Source: a virus. From it: 64,000 bases of DNA. The DNA lies in IMG/VR virus record IMGVR_UViG_3300026680_000001, positions 7,089-71,088 of that record. One strand, given 5' to 3'. Below, in pieces: positions 54,510 through 64,000 of this stretch. The notes beneath the pieces were generated by a model, which had not been told where the DNA came from, made no database searches, and worked only from the letters and a program-made list of their open reading frames with translations. Numbering within the stretch: position 1 is the first letter of the stretch; the number at the start of each line of letters is the position of its first letter. Position numbers and translations under genes: made by a program.

Positions 54510-54959
54510 ATGGTAGATACCTGGCTTGTGTTTGGTGCCGTGGTCGTCACTTCCATCGTTGCCCCGGTCGTGCTCACCTTCTTCACTGGCCATCAGCGCA
54601 GGGAGGACAAGCGGGAGGACTGGGCGCGGCAGGACCAGGTCAAAGCGGACCTGATGGCCGAGAACAAGCGGGTTGCGGATGTTCTACAGGCCGAGAACCG
54701 AAAGGTCATGGAGTCCTCACAGCTGACCCAGGAGAAGTTGAACGAGGTTCACACGCTCGTCAACAGCAACCTGACGGCCGAGCTGCGGGACGGTCGGGAC
54801 TCAACGCAACGGATCTTGGCTTTGATGGGCGAGGTCATCGAGTTGCGGCGCGCGTCCGGTAAGGAACCAACCGCCGAGACCCTGGCCGTGTACGAGTCGA
54901 CGCGGCGCAAGCTCGCGGAGCAGGACGCGGTACTGGCTGATCGCACTCCGGCTGGGTAG
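54510..54959 (+). CDS. single-pass membrane protein with long coiled-coil
   Basis: N-terminal TM helix then heptad-like KADLMAENKRVADVLQAENRKV... Confidence 0.45.
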   Translation: MVDTWLVFGAVVVTSIVAPVVLTFFTGHQRREDKREDWARQDQVKADLMAENKRVADVLQAENRKVMESSQLTQEKLNEVHTLVNSNLTAELRDGRDSTQRILALMGEVIELRRASGKEPTAETLAVYESTRRKLAEQDAVLADRTPAG

Positions 54960-55020
54960 CGGTCACGGATCACTCGTAGCTATCCTGACGGGAGTATCCA
55001 AGCTACAGGGAGCGTGGCAA

Positions 55021-55224
55021 GTGGGAATTTCCGGGATGTGGAAGGCCGTCGTCGCTGGTGTGACTGGTATAGCGCTGCTGGCTACCGACATACTCGCTGA
55101 TGACGTGTTCACCCTCGATGAGGGCACCTCACTGCTCACGAAGGTCATCGTGACCGTCGTGGGTGTCTGGAGCGTGTGGCGGGTACGCAACGCGACGCCG
55201 GTCGAGTCTCGCCAGGGGATGTAG
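55021..55224 (+). CDS. small two-TM membrane protein (holin-like)
   Basis: 67 aa with two hydrophobic helices. Confidence 0.4.
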   Translation: MGISGMWKAVVAGVTGIALLATDILADDVFTLDEGTSLLTKVIVTVVGVWSVWRVRNATPVESRQGM

Positions 55225-55543
55225 ATGGCCGAAATCGTGGGGCCTGGGCAGGCATTCTGGACCACGTGCAACGGATCTGGACACCTTGCATGGAGGATCA
55301 CCGAGTTCGGTGGCTGGGCTGCCACGTGGGTGAATATCGGTACAGTGGTGGACACGGCCAATCTCGTATCGAGCGTGACCGCGTCGGGTTTGTGACTTCC
55401 GATGGGGAGCGTAGGTGAGCCGTGGAAAACATCGCCGACGCTGGACAGATCGGCGCTTCCCGCACCAGCACAGCAGTCGACCTGTGCGACGCACAGTGAG
55501 ATTATGTCGATGTGGTCCGTCCCGTAGCCGGTAGGGAGCCTGG

Positions 55544-56185
55544 ATGTCCGCCGTTCTGACCGACGTTTGTGTCCATGCGATGCTTGACAGCGCCGTGTCC
55601 GGGGCACCTGGCACGGCGCTGTTCGTGGGTGCGCACACGGCGCTGGGCATCGCCGGGGCGGAAGTGGCTGGTGGGTCCCCGGCCTATGCGCGGAAGGCGA
55701 TCACCTGGCAGGCTGCGGGCACTCCCACTGCGCGGTCCAAGTCCATCACCGCTCCGGTAATCTTCGACATTCCCGCCGGGACCACGGTTCGTGGGATCGT
55801 GCTGTGGTCGGCATTGACGGCGGGCACGGCGCGGGCATGGGCTCCTGCGGGCGCTTCGGCGCGTCGCGCGTTCTCGGTGGACACCACTGGCCTGACCAAC
55901 AACGACATCTTCTCGCCCGCGCATGGCCTGGTCGCCGGGAACTCGGTGTGCTTCTGGCCCACCATCGGGGCTGTGCTCCCAACCCCGCTCGCCGAGGACA
56001 CCGAGTACTTCGTGATCGCCGCTGGGCTGACCACCGACGCGTTCCGGGTGTCGGCTACGCTGGGTGGCGCGTCGATTGACATCACCGCTATCGGTGACGG
56101 CGATGTGCAGAAGTTCACCCCCGAGGTGTATGGCGGCCAGGGCACTTACCAGGCGACCGACTTCCCGATCAGCCTGCCGGGGTAA
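55544..56185 (+). CDS. putative minor tail / fibre-associated protein
   Basis: GGGAG RBS; Ala/Gly/Thr-rich beta composition. Confidence 0.4.
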   Translation: MSAVLTDVCVHAMLDSAVSGAPGTALFVGAHTALGIAGAEVAGGSPAYARKAITWQAAGTPTARSKSITAPVIFDIPAGTTVRGIVLWSALTAGTARAWAPAGASARRAFSVDTTGLTNNDIFSPAHGLVAGNSVCFWPTIGAVLPTPLAEDTEYFVIAAGLTTDAFRVSATLGGASIDITAIGDGDVQKFTPEVYGGQGTYQATDFPISLPG

Positions 56186-56205
56186 CCCTGAGGGAGAAAG
56201 AGTTC

Positions 56206-56979
56206 ATGCGCTCACTGTTGTTTGTCTTGCCACTACTAGCGGGTTTGCTGTTGTTCCCGGACACCGCGACGGCGACACCACCGAAGACGATTGTGCAAAC
56301 CAACCAGGGTTCGTCGGTCGGCGCGACGTTCACTGCCTCGCTGGCTCGTAGCCCGAAGGCGGGAAACTCGATCGTGATCGTCACCGGGTTGGATAACGCG
56401 TCCACCGTCGGAGTGCTGGAGCCGGACGACGTAGCGAACGTGATCGACGCCTCCGAGAGTGTCGCGGCGTGGCAGGTGCCGGGTGCACCGTACGCGATCG
56501 TGTGGGTGGCCAAGGCCGATCCAGCAGTGCGCACCTGGGGATTCCATGGGGTGGCGCAGCCGCATACCTGGCTGGTGGCCGAGGTCGCCGGCCTACAGAC
56601 GTTTCAGCCGTCTGGGGTCCCGATCTGGGATGGCCCGGCCTCCCATTCCAGTGTCGAGGTCGGCACAGGCGGGACGACCCAAGGTACCGGGACTGGCAGT
56701 CCCACGGCGGTGCCACGTGAGGTGATGATCGCTTCGTTCGTGGCTCGCGTTCCGTCCGGCAGCCCACCCACGGTGACCGGGTTCACGAATTCGTGGCCTC
56801 AGGAAGGTACCTGGTCCCGTCTCGGAACCAGCGTGGCAACTGCCGGTGGCGGCGCGAATCACCGGTTGGATGTGGCGTTCAAGGTAGTCACCACATCCGG
56901 AAGTTACGCCTGTGACGCCACCTACACGGCCGCCCCGTCGGGGATGGCCGCGCTGCTCACCGGTTTGTACGCAGTCTGA
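56206..56979 (+). CDS. secreted protein, paralog family member 1
   Basis: Clear signal peptide MRSLLFVLPLLAGLLLF...ATA; shares N-terminal LxVxxG...W domain pattern with next three large genes. Confidence 0.45.
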   Translation: MRSLLFVLPLLAGLLLFPDTATATPPKTIVQTNQGSSVGATFTASLARSPKAGNSIVIVTGLDNASTVGVLEPDDVANVIDASESVAAWQVPGAPYAIVWVAKADPAVRTWGFHGVAQPHTWLVAEVAGLQTFQPSGVPIWDGPASHSSVEVGTGGTTQGTGTGSPTAVPREVMIASFVARVPSGSPPTVTGFTNSWPQEGTWSRLGTSVATAGGGANHRLDVAFKVVTTSGSYACDATYTAAPSGMAALLTGLYAV

Positions 56980-59141
56980 TGGGGTTGTCGCCAGACGACT
57001 TGGTACAGGTCGCTACCGGATCGTTTACCGGAACGTCCGGATCGGTAACACTAAACGCTACCACCGCTGGGAATGCTGTGCTGATCCTGGCCGGGCTCGG
57101 AGCGGACGGTACGAACCTGTTCGATCTCTCTGCGTCCGGATTCACGGAGCCGATCAGTCTTGGTGATTCAGGGTTCAATGGCGCCTTGTACGCGTTCATC
57201 AAGTCGGGTGTCTCAGCCGGGGAGGCATCGTGGACGCTCACGGTGACCGGTGGCTCGCAGCAGGTGGCGTGGGCGGCATTCGAGCTATCCGGTATCGATG
57301 TCGACTGGCCCGGCAAGGTGTACATCACCAACTTGTACAAGTCACCAACCACTCCTACTGCTGTCGCATCACACACCTGTGATACGGGTGGAGCTACGTC
57401 CGAGACGTTTTCGGGCCTGACCCTGGCGGGGTTCTTCGCTGAGAACGCAGCCGGTACTACCCCCACGATCAACGGTTACACCAACGGGTTCGAGGAGATC
57501 GCCAACCAGACGGTAACAGGAACGCGAGCGCATCGGCTCGCGGTGGCAGTCAAGGTACAGCAACAGGTCGAGGCTCCGTCCTGTACGGCGTCGATCAGTC
57601 CAGACTCGTACGCCAGCTCGTTCATGCTCGTGTTCACCGGGGTGGACAGCCTGCACGTACCCGACGTGTACGCGTGCTTCGGCGCGGAGATCGGCACCGC
57701 GACCAACCTCACCACCAGTACCCTGCTTGAGAGTGTGATCGCTCCCTGGGACGAGGTCGTCGGTACTCCGGAGATCGTGACGACCAATGCCAGGTCCGGC
57801 GTGTACTGCATGAAGTTCTCGTCCACGTCGGCGGCCGAGAACGTGGCATGGGCGCGGCGCACCAGCCCGGCTGGCGGCACCCTCGGCACAGACCCGACGA
57901 CTGACTTGCCCACGGTGTGGGTGGACCGGTTGCACGTGTACTTCGACTCATTGCCCGGTATCGACGTGGACCTCGCCTCATGGGAGGTCGGATCACTCGC
58001 GAACGGCGCGGTGCTGTGGTACCGAACCGCCACCCAAAAACTCGGGATAAAGATCGGGACTGGTACCGAGATCGCCTCCGACGCGGTCATCGTCGCCGGT
58101 CAGCACATCGGCGTTGACGTACGCTATGACCCACGCACCACCACGCACGTCGTGGACTGGGCTGTGGACTACAACGCCAATCCCACCGACACCACCGCAG
58201 GTGTGTTCCAAACCCAGGCCACCACCGCGGGAATGACCGCAGGTGGAATCAGTAAGATCCGTAAGGGCCATACCAGCGCGGTCACCGTCACCTACTACAT
58301 GGACGACCTGGTCGGTTCCAAGAGCCGCAAGACCTTCCCGCTCGGTGACCTCCGGATCTTTCCGTTGCAGGCAGACCCCGCAGGCACGCCCACCGTGTTC
58401 GGCACGGCGGGGAATTTCCGGACGTTCACGAACAACGGCACGCTTGCGACGTGGACTGCCGCCGCCACTGTTGCCAACCTAACTGGTGTCCCGCCGATCG
58501 TTGGTGCCGCCGCGAAGGGATTTACGCAGATCACGACCGCTACCGGCGACTACGTCGAGGTCCCGATGGCACCGTTCACCTGCGCACCGGACTACGTGCC
58601 GGTGGGGGGCCGCTGGTACTGGGCCGGCTGGGCTGCGTCTGGGAACCCAGCACAATTCGGGTTCGCCGCCTATGACGGTGACTCGCAATTTGCGTTCGTG
58701 AACCCAGCTGACGCGGAGTTCGACAATTCGACACTGCGTTGGGTAACGAAGATGCACCGGAACAATCCAGCCGCCTACTACCCGTTCCCACAATCGAAAC
58801 TCGACGCACTGGCGTTTCGTGGTGGATTCTCCAATGACGCCAACCCAGACGCCGGGGTGCTGTTCGCGCTGTTCGAGCTGGTGGTGTTCAAGGCCACGGC
58901 GCAGACATTGTTCGGGAGTCTCGCGTCCACTACTGTGGACCCGTTCAGCCGGGGTATCGTTGGGATCTCGGTCAGCGCACCCACTGACTACGACACCAAC
59001 CTGTACTACGAAACCGACGGCACTCCGATCACGGTCCCCGTCACTGGCGGCACTACCCACGACGAGACGCTCAACGCGCTGGACGCGCCCACCACCAACT
59101 ACGTCGCTGCCTATCCAGCAGCTGAGCCACATCCAACGTAG
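56979..59141 (+). CDS. large fibre-like protein, paralog family member 2
   Basis: 720 aa; ATG overlaps upstream TGA; Gly/Thr/Ala-rich. Confidence 0.45.
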   Translation: MGLSPDDLVQVATGSFTGTSGSVTLNATTAGNAVLILAGLGADGTNLFDLSASGFTEPISLGDSGFNGALYAFIKSGVSAGEASWTLTVTGGSQQVAWAAFELSGIDVDWPGKVYITNLYKSPTTPTAVASHTCDTGGATSETFSGLTLAGFFAENAAGTTPTINGYTNGFEEIANQTVTGTRAHRLAVAVKVQQQVEAPSCTASISPDSYASSFMLVFTGVDSLHVPDVYACFGAEIGTATNLTTSTLLESVIAPWDEVVGTPEIVTTNARSGVYCMKFSSTSAAENVAWARRTSPAGGTLGTDPTTDLPTVWVDRLHVYFDSLPGIDVDLASWEVGSLANGAVLWYRTATQKLGIKIGTGTEIASDAVIVAGQHIGVDVRYDPRTTTHVVDWAVDYNANPTDTTAGVFQTQATTAGMTAGGISKIRKGHTSAVTVTYYMDDLVGSKSRKTFPLGDLRIFPLQADPAGTPTVFGTAGNFRTFTNNGTLATWTAAATVANLTGVPPIVGAAAKGFTQITTATGDYVEVPMAPFTCAPDYVPVGGRWYWAGWAASGNPAQFGFAAYDGDSQFAFVNPADAEFDNSTLRWVTKMHRNNPAAYYPFPQSKLDALAFRGGFSNDANPDAGVLFALFELVVFKATAQTLFGSLASTTVDPFSRGIVGISVSAPTDYDTNLYYETDGTPITVPVTGGTTHDETLNALDAPTTNYVAAYPAAEPHPT

Positions 59142-59839
59142 TGGCACCCACGGTGGTCGCGGTGGGGGCGGTGGACTCCGTTACCCCATGGGTGCCCGGC
59201 CTGCCCATTGGCTGGGCGGAGAATGACATTCTCTTGATCGTCGGTGAGAACATCGGTGGCGAGGCGCAGATGGCCGCCACCGGGTACGCCCACGCCGCCA
59301 CCGACGGCTCACCTGTCTCACCAGTCGTACAGGGCGTCAACACCCAATTGAACGTGTTGTGGAAGCGGGCCACCGCGTCCGAGTCGGCGCCCACCGTGAC
59401 CGGTCCATCGAACCACGCCGTGACACGGATGATCGCCATCCGTGGTTGTCCACTCACCGGGAATCCGTGGAACATCGTGTCCGTGGCGTCGTCGGCCGTC
59501 TCCGACGTGAACGCGGCCTGGCCCGGCGTTACGACCACGCTGGCCGACTGCCTGATCCTGGAGATCATCGCCACCGGCACGGACGTGGCCTCGACCGCCC
59601 AACTCGGCGCGCTCACGAACGGCACATACACGAGCATCACCGAGCAGATGGACAACTGGGCCGCCACCGGTACCGGTGGCGGCATCGCCCTCGTGTCCGG
59701 GGTCAAGGCCATTGCGGGGGCCACCGGGTCCAGTACCGCTACCCTCGTCACTGCGGCGACCAAGGCGTACATGACGTTGGCGATGGCTCCGGCGCCTGCG
59801 GGCACGGCTGTTCCGACGCTTGTCATGGCACCGATGTAG
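59141..59839 (+). CDS. paralog family member 3
   Basis: GTG overlapping upstream TAG; NDILLIVGENIGG...W pattern. Confidence 0.4.
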   Translation: MAPTVVAVGAVDSVTPWVPGLPIGWAENDILLIVGENIGGEAQMAATGYAHAATDGSPVSPVVQGVNTQLNVLWKRATASESAPTVTGPSNHAVTRMIAIRGCPLTGNPWNIVSVASSAVSDVNAAWPGVTTTLADCLILEIIATGTDVASTAQLGALTNGTYTSITEQMDNWAATGTGGGIALVSGVKAIAGATGSSTATLVTAATKAYMTLAMAPAPAGTAVPTLVMAPM

Positions 59840-59854
59840 GAGGAGGGCTGTTGG

Positions 59855-60295
59855 ATGGGTGAGTTCTCCGGCGGGTTCCGCACGGCGGGCGCAGGGTCGA
59901 CGACACTCCCGATCGCCAGCCTGTACGCGGTCGCCGGCACCACGTTCTCGCTGCGGGAAGTGGCCGTGTTCAACACGACAGCAGTAGCCGTCGTACTCGC
60001 GTTGCGGTTCCTTACCTCGACCGGAACACAGGGCACCGGGCGGGACGAGCTGAACCGGAACGCAGGCGTCGGTGGTACCCCGCAATGCACGCTGTTCGAT
60101 ACCCACACGGGTGGCCCGACGATTACGGCCGGGAACCTCGCGTTGTTCCCGTTGGGTGGCGTCATCGGCTCCGGTGTGATCCGTACCTTCAAGGGCATCG
60201 TAGTACCGAAAGGCACTACGAACGGGGTGGGCTTGGTTGTACTGACTGGTACCGGTCAGATTTGTGACGTGGATTGGGATTGGGACGAGATCTGA
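59855..60295 (+). CDS. hypothetical protein
   Basis: 146-aa ORF. Confidence 0.35.
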   Translation: MGEFSGGFRTAGAGSTTLPIASLYAVAGTTFSLREVAVFNTTAVAVVLALRFLTSTGTQGTGRDELNRNAGVGGTPQCTLFDTHTGGPTITAGNLALFPLGGVIGSGVIRTFKGIVVPKGTTNGVGLVVLTGTGQICDVDWDWDEI

Positions 60296-60319
60296 CACTG
60301 AGACCCCGGTGAGTCGGCT

Positions 60320-61930
60320 ATGAGTAGCCTCGTCCGGTACCCGGTACCGCAAGCGCCCACGGTTCGATGGCCGCAGTCGCGGATCATCGCCCCGCCGCAG
60401 GTTCCCGGTGGTTCCACCATCGCGGTGTTTCAATCGAGCTGGGCCACCACCACCACCCCCAAAACGGTGGTCGTCCCAGGGTGTCTCATCGGGGATCACT
60501 TGCTTGTCCTCGGTGGTGGGGACATGTCCACCGGGAACACCGTTGCCAGCGTTACCACCACGACCTCAGCCGGACCGGGCACCACTGGCTCCTGGACCGA
60601 ACCCGCCGAGGTCCTCACCGGTACCACCGATGACTGGCTGACCAGCGCTATCGCCACTGTCACCGGGGATGGGGACATCACCGTTCAGATGGCCCGCACC
60701 GTCGGCACCGGGGCACCCGGCGAGTGGGGTTTCTGGGTGCTCCGGGCCCGTGACAGTGCCGGGTTCGGTGCCCCGGTCACTCAGCTCACCAGTGGCTCCG
60801 GCCAGGTTGTGTCCGTCACCACCACAGCGGACTCCGTGGTGGCGTACCTGTCGGTGGACTGGGATGCCGCGTCTGTCGGTACCTTCACGCCTGGTGGTGC
60901 GGTGGAGGTGGAACGCGCGGCCATTGGTGGGGTGTACACAGTCCATGCCGCCTACTGGCCTTCCCAGGCCGCGGGCACCCGCGACTATGGGCATACCGGT
61001 GGTGGCGGTACCAAGTACCGCATCGTCGCAGTCGAGGTTCTCGGCCCATCCAGCGGAGTCAGCGGTGCCGGCAACATCGCACAGCGCAGTAGCACTGCGA
61101 GTGCCGCTACCAAATCGGTGGCCGGGGCCGGTACCGCACAGGCACGAACGACTTCGACCGTAACCGCCAGTAAGGCGGCTACCGGTGCCGCAATCACGAT
61201 GGGGCGGGTCAATACAGCCGCCGTGGGGCGCAAACTGTCCGCCAGCCTTGCCGGTCCAGCTCAACGTATGTCGACAAGCACCATTGCCGCCAAACAGGCT
61301 GCCGGGACGGCCACATCGGTCACCCATGTCATCACGAGGGCGGGATTCACCTCACCGGGGCCCAGCGGCGCCACGTCGGTTCCTCAACACGCCGTTACCG
61401 GCGCCGTGGGTCTCAAGCGGGTAGCCACACCGGCCAGTGCCTCAACACGTCCCAGCGTCGTGGCCAGCGGCCGCAAACAGGTCTCAGCGGGAGCACTGGC
61501 CGTCCAGCACATCACAACCAGAGCAACGTTCACACCCGCCGGTCCAGTGGGTACCACGGCAATCGTTCAGCGCTCCATTGTCGTCGCCGTTGGTGCCAAA
61601 CGGATCGTCGCGCTAACCGGTGCCGTGACGCATACGTACACCATGACGGGTGGCCGCAAGCAGGCCATGGTAACCGGCCCCGTAACCGGGCACAGTGTCA
61701 CTGCCACGACCGGGGCCAAGCTGACCGCAGGCGGAACTAGTGTGGCCCAGCGTACGGTGACCGTCGCCTCGATGTTCGTTGTTTCCCCATACGTACCGGC
61801 CCTCGTAGGTGTGGATGCCAATGGGTCGGTCGGTGGTGTGGACGCCAGTGGGTCGGTCGGTGGTGTGGGTGCCAACGGGTCGGTCGGTGGTGTGGACGCC
61901 GATGCCACCGTGGCGGGTAACTTGGGGTGA
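60320..61930 (+). CDS. fibre-like protein, paralog family member 4, with C-terminal Gly-rich 9-aa tandem repeats
   Basis: 536 aa; GDHLLVLGGG...W pattern; three 27-bp repeats encoding (A/D)NGSVGGVD at 61807-61890. Confidence 0.45.
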   Translation: MSSLVRYPVPQAPTVRWPQSRIIAPPQVPGGSTIAVFQSSWATTTTPKTVVVPGCLIGDHLLVLGGGDMSTGNTVASVTTTTSAGPGTTGSWTEPAEVLTGTTDDWLTSAIATVTGDGDITVQMARTVGTGAPGEWGFWVLRARDSAGFGAPVTQLTSGSGQVVSVTTTADSVVAYLSVDWDAASVGTFTPGGAVEVERAAIGGVYTVHAAYWPSQAAGTRDYGHTGGGGTKYRIVAVEVLGPSSGVSGAGNIAQRSSTASAATKSVAGAGTAQARTTSTVTASKAATGAAITMGRVNTAAVGRKLSASLAGPAQRMSTSTIAAKQAAGTATSVTHVITRAGFTSPGPSGATSVPQHAVTGAVGLKRVATPASASTRPSVVASGRKQVSAGALAVQHITTRATFTPAGPVGTTAIVQRSIVVAVGAKRIVALTGAVTHTYTMTGGRKQAMVTGPVTGHSVTATTGAKLTAGGTSVAQRTVTVASMFVVSPYVPALVGVDANGSVGGVDASGSVGGVGANGSVGGVDADATVAGNLG

Positions 61931-62184
61931 TGGCCAGGCCGAAACCACGCGTGACGTGCGACCGCCGTACCGGCAGGTGGACGGTGAGCAGGCCGACGCT
62001 GGGCTTCACCGGTCATGAGCTGCGTAGTTTCAGCACATGGCGTGAGGCGATGGAGTGGCTATCCGATGATGTCACCCGTCGTCAGGGCGTTTCTGCTGGG
62101 CAGCTGGAACGGTCAGCAACACCAACCCCGGTGGCGTGGCCGTACCAGCGCATGATGCATGTGGTCGCCGAGTCATTGACGTGA
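61927..62184 (+). CDS. hypothetical protein
   Basis: 85-aa ORF. Confidence 0.3.
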   Translation: MMARPKPRVTCDRRTGRWTVSRPTLGFTGHELRSFSTWREAMEWLSDDVTRRQGVSAGQLERSATPTPVAWPYQRMMHVVAESLT

Positions 62185-62185
62185 C

Positions 62186-62488
62186 ATGGCTGGATCAGGG
62201 CGTAACCTTGGTCGTCGCTACCGCCGGTCGAGGGCGCTGGTCCTGGCCGAGAGTGACCTGTGTTGGTTGTGCGGCCACCATGGGGCCAGGACGGCCGACC
62301 ACGTGGTACAGCCGAGGCACTGGCCAGTGGGCGTCCCAGGTCTTGACGACCCGGGCAATCTGCGACCCGCGCACGGGACCATGGGCGCCGGGGGTGCGCT
62401 GAACCGGTGCCCAACCTGCGGGTTACTGTGTAATCAGGTCCGGGGCGGTAGACAACCCCCGCCATCCCCGAGATCGGAGGCGTGGTGA
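62186..62488 (+). CDS. HNH endonuclease
   Basis: CWLCGHHG...DHVVQ...NLRPAH...CPTCGLLCN HNH-type arrangement; location just upstream of terminase. Confidence 0.6.
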   Translation: MAGSGRNLGRRYRRSRALVLAESDLCWLCGHHGARTADHVVQPRHWPVGVPGLDDPGNLRPAHGTMGAGGALNRCPTCGLLCNQVRGGRQPPPSPRSEAW

Positions 62489-62763
62489 TCCCGGAACCGG
62501 GTGAGATCGAGGCAGCGACACGAGCCGCTCTGGACCATCACGCGGCCACTACGGAGCCGGGGTTCAGGGCGTTGTGCGCGGTGATGGCGATACGGCTGGC
62601 CCACGCGTACGACGCTTGGGACGGAGCGGACGTGGCCACGGGGGTCCGGTTGAACGCGGAGCTGCTGCGTACGGTGTCAGCCGCGTGCGGTGAGGCGGAC
62701 CCGTGGGCCGGGGCTGAAGCCGAACATCTGTCAACCCCGGTAGGCCCCGACGACGGTGCATGA
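62482..62763 (+). CDS. hypothetical protein (small-terminase position)
   Basis: 93-aa ORF between HNH and terminase large subunit. Confidence 0.3.
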   Translation: MVIPEPGEIEAATRAALDHHAATTEPGFRALCAVMAIRLAHAYDAWDGADVATGVRLNAELLRTVSAACGEADPWAGAEAEHLSTPVGPDDGA

Positions 62764-63002
62764 TCGGTACATGTACTGGAGAATGTCACTGTGCGGGCTG
62801 GAGATCACCATACGGTACCGGCGTCACCCACGGGTGATGGTCACGTCCTCGACGGTTGACCGGTGCCGGAGCTGCCGCCGGCCACTTCACCGGCTGCCCG
62901 ATGTCGGGTGGCTGCACGGGGAGTACGCGCGGTACGCCAGCGAACCACCGGTTGAGTGTGCGGACCCGCACCCGACCTGGTGCCGTCTCAGAGGGGGCCA
63001 CA

Positions 63003-64000
63003 GTGGTGACTGCTCTCCCATGCCCACCACTGTACGGAACCCCCCGAACCCTTGACCGGCCCACCCTCGGCCCACGAGTCGCCGAGGTGCACCGTGCACT
63101 CGGCTGCGACCCGTTGCCGCACCAGCGCTACATCTATGACGTGGCGTTCGAGCTGGACCCCGATACCGGGTATCTCGCCTATGACGAGGTGGTGGTCATC
63201 GGCCCCCGGCAGGCCACGGGTAAGACCGAGATCATGCTTCCGGTGTGCACGTACCGGTGCGTGGCTTTCGACGATGAGCTGGCCAAGTGGTCGTTCGAGC
63301 ATCTCGGGCGCGAGGTTCGGTCCCCTGGTAAGCAGCGAGTGGTGTATACAGCTCAGACGGCAGATGATGCCCGTCTCAAGTGGCGCCAGACACATCTTCC
63401 GCGCTTGCGAGCGTCCAGGTACCGGCGGCAGTTCCGATCAACGTTACAGCGCAACTGGGAGACGTTGACGTGGCGGGACGGGTCGACGTGGTCACCGGCC
63501 AGCACCACCGCACGGACAGGTGGTACGGGTGACACCATCGACTTGCCCGTGATCGATGAGGCGTGGTCCCGGCCAGATGACCGGACCGAGCTGTCGATGC
63601 GACCAGCGAGGCTGACCCGGTGGTGGTCGCAGCTGTGGGTGCTGAGCATGGTTCCCGGGATATCGCGGGCCCAGCCCGGTACCTGGCCGTACTTGGACCG
63701 GAAGCGGGAGCTGGGCAGAGCCGCGGTCCGGGCTGGGGTCCGGACCGGAACCGCGTTCTTCGATTTCGCAGCCCCTGATGGTTCAGATCCGGCCGATCCG
63801 AAGACTTGGCGGGCCGCGATGCCAGGTTTGGGTGTCCTGGTCCCCGAGCGGTTCGTGCGCAAGGACCAGCAGGATATGAACCCGATCGATTTCGGGGCCG
63901 AGTACCTGGGTTGGAAACCAGAGGCTAAGGCGCCGCGGTGGACGCTGGTGCCCCGTGACGAGTGGCGGTCCCTGTTCGACCCGGGTTCGCGAATCGCGGG
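63003..64000 (+). CDS. terminase large subunit, N-terminal ATPase part (continues beyond window)
   Basis: Frame open from 62838 to window end; GTG 63003 with GAGGGGG RBS; Walker A VVVIGPRQATGKT, Walker B DLPVIDEAW. Confidence 0.75.
   Translation, partial: MVTALPCPPLYGTPRTLDRPTLGPRVAEVHRALGCDPLPHQRYIYDVAFELDPDTGYLAYDEVVVIGPRQATGKTEIMLPVCTYRCVAFDDELAKWSFEHLGREVRSPGKQRVVYTAQTADDARLKWRQTHLPRLRASRYRRQFRSTLQRNWETLTWRDGSTWSPASTTARTGGTGDTIDLPVIDEAWSRPDDRTELSMRPARLTRWWSQLWVLSMVPGISRAQPGTWPYLDRKRELGRAAVRAGVRTGTAFFDFAAPDGSDPADPKTWRAAMPGLGVLVPERFVRKDQQDMNPIDFGAEYLGWKPEAKAPRWTLVPRDEWRSLFDPGSRIA

Noticed and set aside
62756-63055. A 99-aa ORF overlapping the predicted start of the terminase gene
   Set aside because: It is in a different frame over the terminase N-terminal region, it has a low-complexity translation, and the terminase frame has a better RBS.

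Overview
This 64-kb window is a high-GC (about 65-70%) actinobacteriophage or prophage segment, and it reads like one nearly contiguous phage genome. Working left to right:

- **1-14.5 kb, tail module (+ strand).** It contains an HK97 gp10-like protein, a major tail protein, a G/G-T chaperone pair with a -1 frameshift, and a 1019-aa tape measure protein. The tape measure carries a 2x135-bp tandem duplication and a C-terminal lytic-transglycosylase motif. Next come a GH12-like glycoside-hydrolase-domain protein and several minor-tail/receptor-binding candidates, including three tandem paralogs.
- **14.9-17.9 kb, leftward block.** It encodes a Cys-rich protein, an HTH protein, an IstB/DnaC-like ATPase and a Ro60/Rsr ortholog (TROVE plus vWA). 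Immediately upstream of rsr is a Y-RNA-like structured RNA: a 13-bp terminal stem enclosing a circularly permuted tRNA-like domain.
- **18-31 kb, rightward accessory block.** Genes include an FtsK/SpoIIIE-like translocase, a DUF457 hydrolase, DUF2637-like and DUF932-like proteins, a protein built from 33-bp tandem repeats, a RapZ-C-like protein, a DUF1524 HNH-like lipoprotein and a Dam-family methyltransferase. A conserved ~50-nt structured element with GNRA tetraloops and compensatory base changes occurs three times, each just downstream of a gene.
- **31-44.5 kb, leftward block.** Genes include a papain-like peptidase, an FDXHR protein, RuvC, an SPFH protein, ThyX, a UDG-superfamily protein, a PD-(D/E)XK nuclease, a DUF4406 protein and an SF2 helicase. 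A rightward amidase endolysin sits inside this block. Two adjacent genes share an identical 44-bp 5' end.
- **44.5-55 kb, replication and regulation (+ strand).** An excisionase-like HTH gene precedes a 1360-aa primase-helicase-PolA fusion. That gene contains an embedded iteron/inverted-repeat cluster that looks like an origin of replication. Downstream are a glucosaminidase, dCTP deaminase and a second deoxyribosyltransferase-like gene.
- **55.5-62 kb, second structural-like cluster.** Four paralogous secreted/fibre-like proteins lie just upstream of an HNH endonuclease and the start of the terminase large subunit at the window edge.

No rRNA, canonical tRNA, CRISPR array or integrase was found.
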